The notes under the pieces were generated by a model. The model was not told where the DNA came from, ran no database searches, and saw only the letters and a list, made by a program, of their open reading frames with translations. 41,090 bases of DNA from Octopus sinensis. Taxonomy: Eukaryota. Positions within the stretch are counted from its first letter, which is position 1; each line of letters opens with the position of its first letter. Positions 36,189-41,090 of this stretch are shown piece after piece. The position numbers were made by a program, and so were the translations under genes. Location: contig NW_021835847.1 in the NCBI RefSeq assembly GCF_006345805.1, positions 1 through 41,090 on the forward strand, read 5' to 3'.

Positions 36189-37079
36189 AATCCAAAGAGA
36201 GAGAGTGGGGTGTAGGTGAAAAAGAGACATAGTTTGACCTCAGAGATAGAAAGCAAATTTGACTTTGTAGGGATTTGAGCTCAGACAGGCGAAGGCTGGA
36301 ATGAATACAATACATTCTAATGATACTACCAATTTGCCAGCAGGGGGCGTACATGATGGTTTCTTACCAGCTTGAATGCCTTTGATCGGAGACCTACTTA
36401 TTCAGAAACGACTTGCGTTTAAATCACAGCCAAACCAACATTTCGATCACATCCTTTGATTTTCCTCTCGTTTCGAACTGTTAATCAGCGTTCCTTTCAA
36501 GCAATATGGCAAAATATCCTAATTATCCGGAAAAGATCGAATTCAGTACAGATGATTACTTCCTTCCTTTGTTTTTTATTTTATTTTATTTCTTTTAATA
36601 TTGATTTCTTACATCGGTTCGAGGTCATACGTTTGGGCAGCGACGGATGGTTGCTGTGGCAAGAAGTGAACACGCTGACTGCATTTCGCCGCACCCTCAA
36701 GTTAATTGATATCAAAACGAGAAGGCAGTGGACTGGGAAATTATTTAGATTAAATGTGTCACTCAAAACGCCTTCCGACATTCAATGACGGCTTTTTAAA
36801 GTTGTGAGTTCAAATATAAACGAGGTCAGTTTCGCCTTTCACCAATGGGGTGGGGTGGGGGCTGATAAAATAAAGCGCATGCGGAGTTCTGAGATCAATA
36901 TCATCAAATAAAGAATCTATAATGTGCATGCATGGATGCAACAATGTATGTTCACACACACACACATATAATGATATATGAATGATGATGATGATGATGA
37001 TATAATATAATAATAATAATAATAATAATAATATAATAATAATAATAATAATAATATAAAATAAACATGCCTCCTCTTG

Positions 37080-37572
37080 ATACTTCAGACAAAAAACATC
37101 CTCCTATTGATATGACTGTCCCAATCGATATAAACGTATCTGTCAAGACCTACCAGAAACTGGGCAATCTAAAGATCTTGAAAATGAAATCAGCAAATGT
37201 GGAAACTGAAGACTAAAACAATACCTGTTATCAGAGGTGCCCCGGGAATGATAGCAAAAGGCTAATTGCTACCTAACTTAGATACCAGGAAAACCCAAAA
37301 TGGCAGAAATTCAAAAGATGGTGCTCATGGAACTGCTCATATCCTACGCAAAATACTTTCTATGTAATCTCAAGTTTTAAAACAAACATAATTTTCGTAT
37401 GGTTTTTTAGACATTCACTAGTACAACACTAAGTACAAAACCAAATATATGGCACCCTAGGCATAACACCAACATGAATTTCCAACTTGTTGTCTCTTGA
37501 GGTCTCTGGGTGAGACTTGGAGCCAACTTGTACAAAGTTAAACAAAAGTCAAACATAGAATAATAATAATAA
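37080..37572 (+). pseudogene. 5'-truncated R4/Dong-clade non-LTR retrotransposon: restriction-like endonuclease C-terminus, 3' UTR and (TAA)n tail
   Basis: With frameshifts reads IDMTVPIDINVSVKTYQKL..KDLENEI..WKLKTKTIPVIRGAPG...GTAHILRKILSM* (stop at 37365-37367). Preceded by (TAA)n at ~37000-37055 and followed by (TAA)n at ~37558-37572. Confidence 0.8.
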
Positions 37573-38047
37573 TATTTGTCTTGGTGTAAAAGATGGGCAA
37601 CAGCAAATATTCTGCTCAATACCACAGATTTGCGTGTCAGTTGTTTGACCATAACCAGTTGAGCATGTCCCTTAGTGACTGACGATATGTGCATCTCTGA
37701 TCACGAGCAGAAGTAGTGGGGGAGCATCATAACCGTGTGTTGAGAAGATTGTTTGGGGTTTGGATAATTCACCTGTAGTAACATGGGTGGTTCGTTCAAC
37801 ATCCTTAAACAACTTATTCAGGGACCTTTTCAGCGGGATGGGCTACTCGACCAGAAGAATATTCTAACTGGGCCCCACCTGCAAGGTCATGCGCTGTTTA
37901 TCTTGATATGAGATCACCATGTCACGCACACAGGGTTGTGATGCATGTGCCTAGTGTACCCTTATCAGACGGGTAGTCATGATGGATATACTGGGCTTCG
38001 TATATTTTACCCCAGGGTCTTTTGCGGCATGCACTGCTCTTCACTCA
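37573..38047. repeat. Probable interspersed repeat of unknown class, bounded by (TAA)n
   Basis: Non-coding block between two TAA tracts. Single copy here; repeat status is recollection or inference only. Confidence 0.35.
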
Positions 38048-38147
38048 ATAATAATAATAATAATATAATAATAATAATAATAATAATATAATAAAATAAT
38101 AGTAGTAGTATAGTAGTAGTAGTAGTAGTAGTAGTATAGCAGCAGCC

Positions 38148-38220
<73 letters not shown>
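38047..38220. repeat. (AAT)n, (AGT)n and (AGC)n trinucleotide tracts
   Basis: Direct reading. Confidence 0.95.
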
Positions 38221-38222
<2 letters not shown>

Positions 38223-38551
38223 ATCCTTGGATGAAATTTATATATATTTAATACACGCTACGAATGTTTAACATTAGTGAATGTCTAACAGAGGGATGCC
38301 TATCCCTTTTGACCAGCGAGAAGCTTGGTTCACACTGGTCAAACGGGCTGGACATCCCGCTGGTAAACATCCATTAATGTTATATCGCCGGAAGAAATGG
38401 ATTCGCGAAGATGATCAACCTGATGCCCACGGATACAACTGACTGGATTGTAATCATCCCAGGAATACGGACTGTGATCCTAAGAGACATGTACTTTGTG
38501 GAAACGTGTGTAGCGATGCATTTAATGGTTACAAATTCCATCCAAGGATTA
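38221..38551. mobile_element. MITE-like element with ~65-bp imperfect TIRs and an internal hairpin
   Basis: TAATCCTTGGATG at the left end and CATCCAAGGATTA at the right end (13 bp perfect), with imperfect extension inward. Internal IR 38292-38315 vs 38332-38355. Confidence 0.7.
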
Positions 38552-38856
38552 TCATTATTATTATTATTATTATTATTATATTTATCCTGCATTACATCGG
38601 TACAGCTCGGTGCAACCCCCAAAAACTGTTTCGCCATTCAGCAACATTAGACTGTGGCCGACATAATGGAATAGGAGCAAAAAATTGCATAATAGAATAA
38701 TAAAATAATAGAATAATGGAATGAGAGCAAATAATTGCATATTCAAAACGTTTCCCGTAAACAAGTTTAAAAGATATAGATATATATATATATATATATA
38801 TATAGATAGATAGATAGATTATACATATATATATATATATAGATATATATAAATGC

Positions 38857-38911
<55 letters not shown>

Positions 38912-39391
38912 AAGTTAATCCAAACAAGAAAGCACAAAAAAACACAACGCGAGGACGTGGAACAAATATAGTATTTTTGGACGCTCATATATATATACAC
39001 ACACACACACACATATATATATATAAACATATATATACATACATACATACATACATACATACATACAAACATACGTACGTATATACACACGCACACTCCC
39101 GCGCATGCACATACACATGCAGAAGGTGAGTCAGGTTTTTTTAAGTCATTTGTTTGGATTTAGAAATAGACGCAAAGCTTATGAAAGAAAAGCTGAATCT
39201 GAGAATAAATTGGTGCAAGTAATCTTAAGAATCCTTTTGTCATATCTATTCACTGCATCCACCGATGACGTCAATAGCTTCTTTTTTTTTTCAATACGGA
39301 ATTAAAAGCGTTGGCTGACCCGAATTAAATGGCCTTTATCAATTTTGGACATAGTGCTAGTTATGGCGGACTTAAGAGATTGAATTGTTAT

Positions 39392-39767
39392 GGATGGAAG
39401 CACTCCGTCGGTTACGACGACGAGGGTTCCGGTTGATCCGAATCAACGGAACAGCCTGCTCGTGAAATTAACGTGTAAGTGGCTGAGCACTGTACCCTTA
39501 ACGCAGTTCTCGGGGATATTCAGCGTGACACAGAGTGTGACAAGGCCGGCCCTTTGAAATACAGGTACAACAGAAACAGGAAGTAAGAGTGAGAGAAAAG
39601 TGTGTGGTGAAAGAGTAAGCAGGGATCACCACCATCCCTGCCGGAGCCTCGTGGAGCTTTAGGTGTTTTCGCTCAATAAACACTCAGAACGCCCGGTCTG
39701 GGAATCGAAACCGCGATCCTACGACCGCGAGTTCGCAGCCCTAACCACTGGGCCATTGTGCCTCCAC
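39392..39767 (-). mobile_element. SINE type C with tail T1, with TSD
   Basis: 11-bp TSD TGAATTGTTAT at 39381-39391 and 39768-39778. Confidence 0.93.
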
Positions 39768-40145
39768 TGAATTGTTATATGGGGGCGTTGATTGACCTCT
39801 CTGTCGTGTACGCTCCATACGTAATAGTCCAGTAGATTGAGGCTTGATGATCCAGGACCCTATGTATCTGGGAGAACATGATCGCCGAAATGGCTTGCAT
39901 CCATACTTGGGATGTCCTAGCCTTATGAGACGGTGCAGGGTCTTGTTGCAAGACGTTCGGTCCTCCGTTACCAATTCTGTCTATCCAGGACCTCACAACT
40001 TTCTCCAACACCTCTGTGTAGGCAGTGGCATTAACGTTTAAGCCCTGTGAAAAGAAGTGGGGGGTCATGAAATCTTCCCTCGTTGCTGACGACTCCCAGA
40101 ACCATCACAGCAACGATGATGGCTTTGGAAGTATTTTTATCACTT

Positions 40146-40695
40146 ACTAGCAGCATAGCCCGGCGTTGCCCGGGTATGTAAGAGACCCTCGTAGGCAACG
40201 ACTAATCCCAATCTAGTCCTTTCCCTCTAGGGAACGAAGGCGCATGGGTAGGTTGCAATGTCTTCTGTGTATACGATGTTCCTAGCTGTTCCTTTGGGCG
40301 AAAACGCGATTTCCCAAAATGGCATGATTTTATCGATTTTTTCTGATGGTAAGGTATTGCATGGAAAACTAACGTCAGAATTAAGTTTCTTAGGGTAACA
40401 TTAAGCTTCACCATGAGTTTGGTGAAAATCGATTGGAAGTTGCGAAAACTACAACAGAAAATGTGTTGCATATAAAAAGCTTAGATTCTCGACCCCATGT
40501 CGAACTTATCAATTTTTTTCAGAACTGGGGGAACTTTTCAAAATATTCGCTGCGTTAGTTTTGACTTATGACATTGGGCTATGTGTGTGTCAAGTTTCAT
40601 CAGAATCGGTTGAAAGCCGTGGTCAGGGTGAGGGTACAACCTGACAGACACACAGACACACAGACAGACAAACTGCCATTTATATATATAGAGAT
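40146..40695 (+). mobile_element. HINE/DINE-1-like element, copy 3
   Basis: ACTAGCAGCATAGCCCGGCGTTGCCCGGG start; CAGACAGACACAC...TTTATATATATAGAGAT end; T-rich junctions with no TSD. Confidence 0.75.
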
Positions 40696-40951
40696 TTGTT
40701 AGAATTTTTTTGGTACAAAATTATGTGTTCTGATTGTAGTAGGACCCTGTGCATGCGGTTGGGTTTAGCTTCTGATGTTGGATCCCTGTCAGCAGCTTCC
40801 AGTTCCTTTCGAACTTAGACAACGAATGTTCGGGCAACTTCTAAGAAGCGAGCTATCTCTGTGTCCCTATGCTACGCATTTAAAGTAACGATTACAGCGT
40901 GTCTTTTCATTTCTTGACTCAGCCTGACGTCTGACATTATAAATCTGAAAA

Positions 40952-41090
40952 GGGAAATCGCGTTTTCGCCCAAAGGAACAGCTAGGAACATCGTATACAC
41001 AGAAGACATTGCAACCTACCCATGCGCCTTCGTTCCCTTGAGGGAAAGGACTAGATTGGGATTAGTCGTTGCCTACAGGGGCTCTTACAT
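40952..41090 (-). mobile_element. Inverted partial copy of the 5' part of HINE copy 3 (runs off the window end)
   Basis: Reverse complement of 40176-40315 with 3 differences in 140 bp. Confidence 0.9.

Larger units (their letters stand above)
39246..40937 (-). pseudogene. Tc1/mariner-superfamily transposase, maT (DD37D)-like, degraded, hosting a SINE C and HINE copy 3
   Basis: MSDVRLSQEMKRHAVIVTLNA*HRDTEIARFLEVAR at the N-terminus; VMVLGVVSNEG..MTPHFFSQGLNVNATAYTEVLEKVVRSWI..VLQQDPAPSHKA; C-terminus SLKSAITSTMSKIDKGHLIR...GGCSE*. Subfamily is from recalled motifs. Confidence 0.82.

Overview
Repeat-saturated eukaryotic non-coding DNA (intergenic or intronic). I found no supportable host gene, tRNA, rRNA or CRISPR array. 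The long ORFs in the track are translated microsatellites. The repeat repertoire looks like an octopod (Octopus) genome; this is an inference from recalled repeat families, not a database result. Contents: (1) at least five tRNA-headed SINE types, labelled A-E here, many with readable target-site duplications, tandem multimers and swapped modules; (2) decayed autonomous elements: a Tx1/L1-type ORF2 3' part, a Penelope-like RT plus GIY-YIG, a near-complete mariner transposase, a maT-like Tc1/mariner transposase and an R4/Dong-type C-terminus; (3) Helentron/DINE-1-like non-autonomous elements; (4) MITEs and many palindromes; (5) long microsatellites. The top finding is a ~440-bp foldback element (32313-32753) containing a type I minimal hammerhead ribozyme motif (32539-32583) of the Penelope-like kind, whose antisense arm would block its folding. 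Also notable are a five-unit SINE array with X-Y-X-Y-X higher-order structure under one TSD, combinatorial head/tail shuffling among SINEs, and a SINE tail shared with the end of the Penelope fragment.
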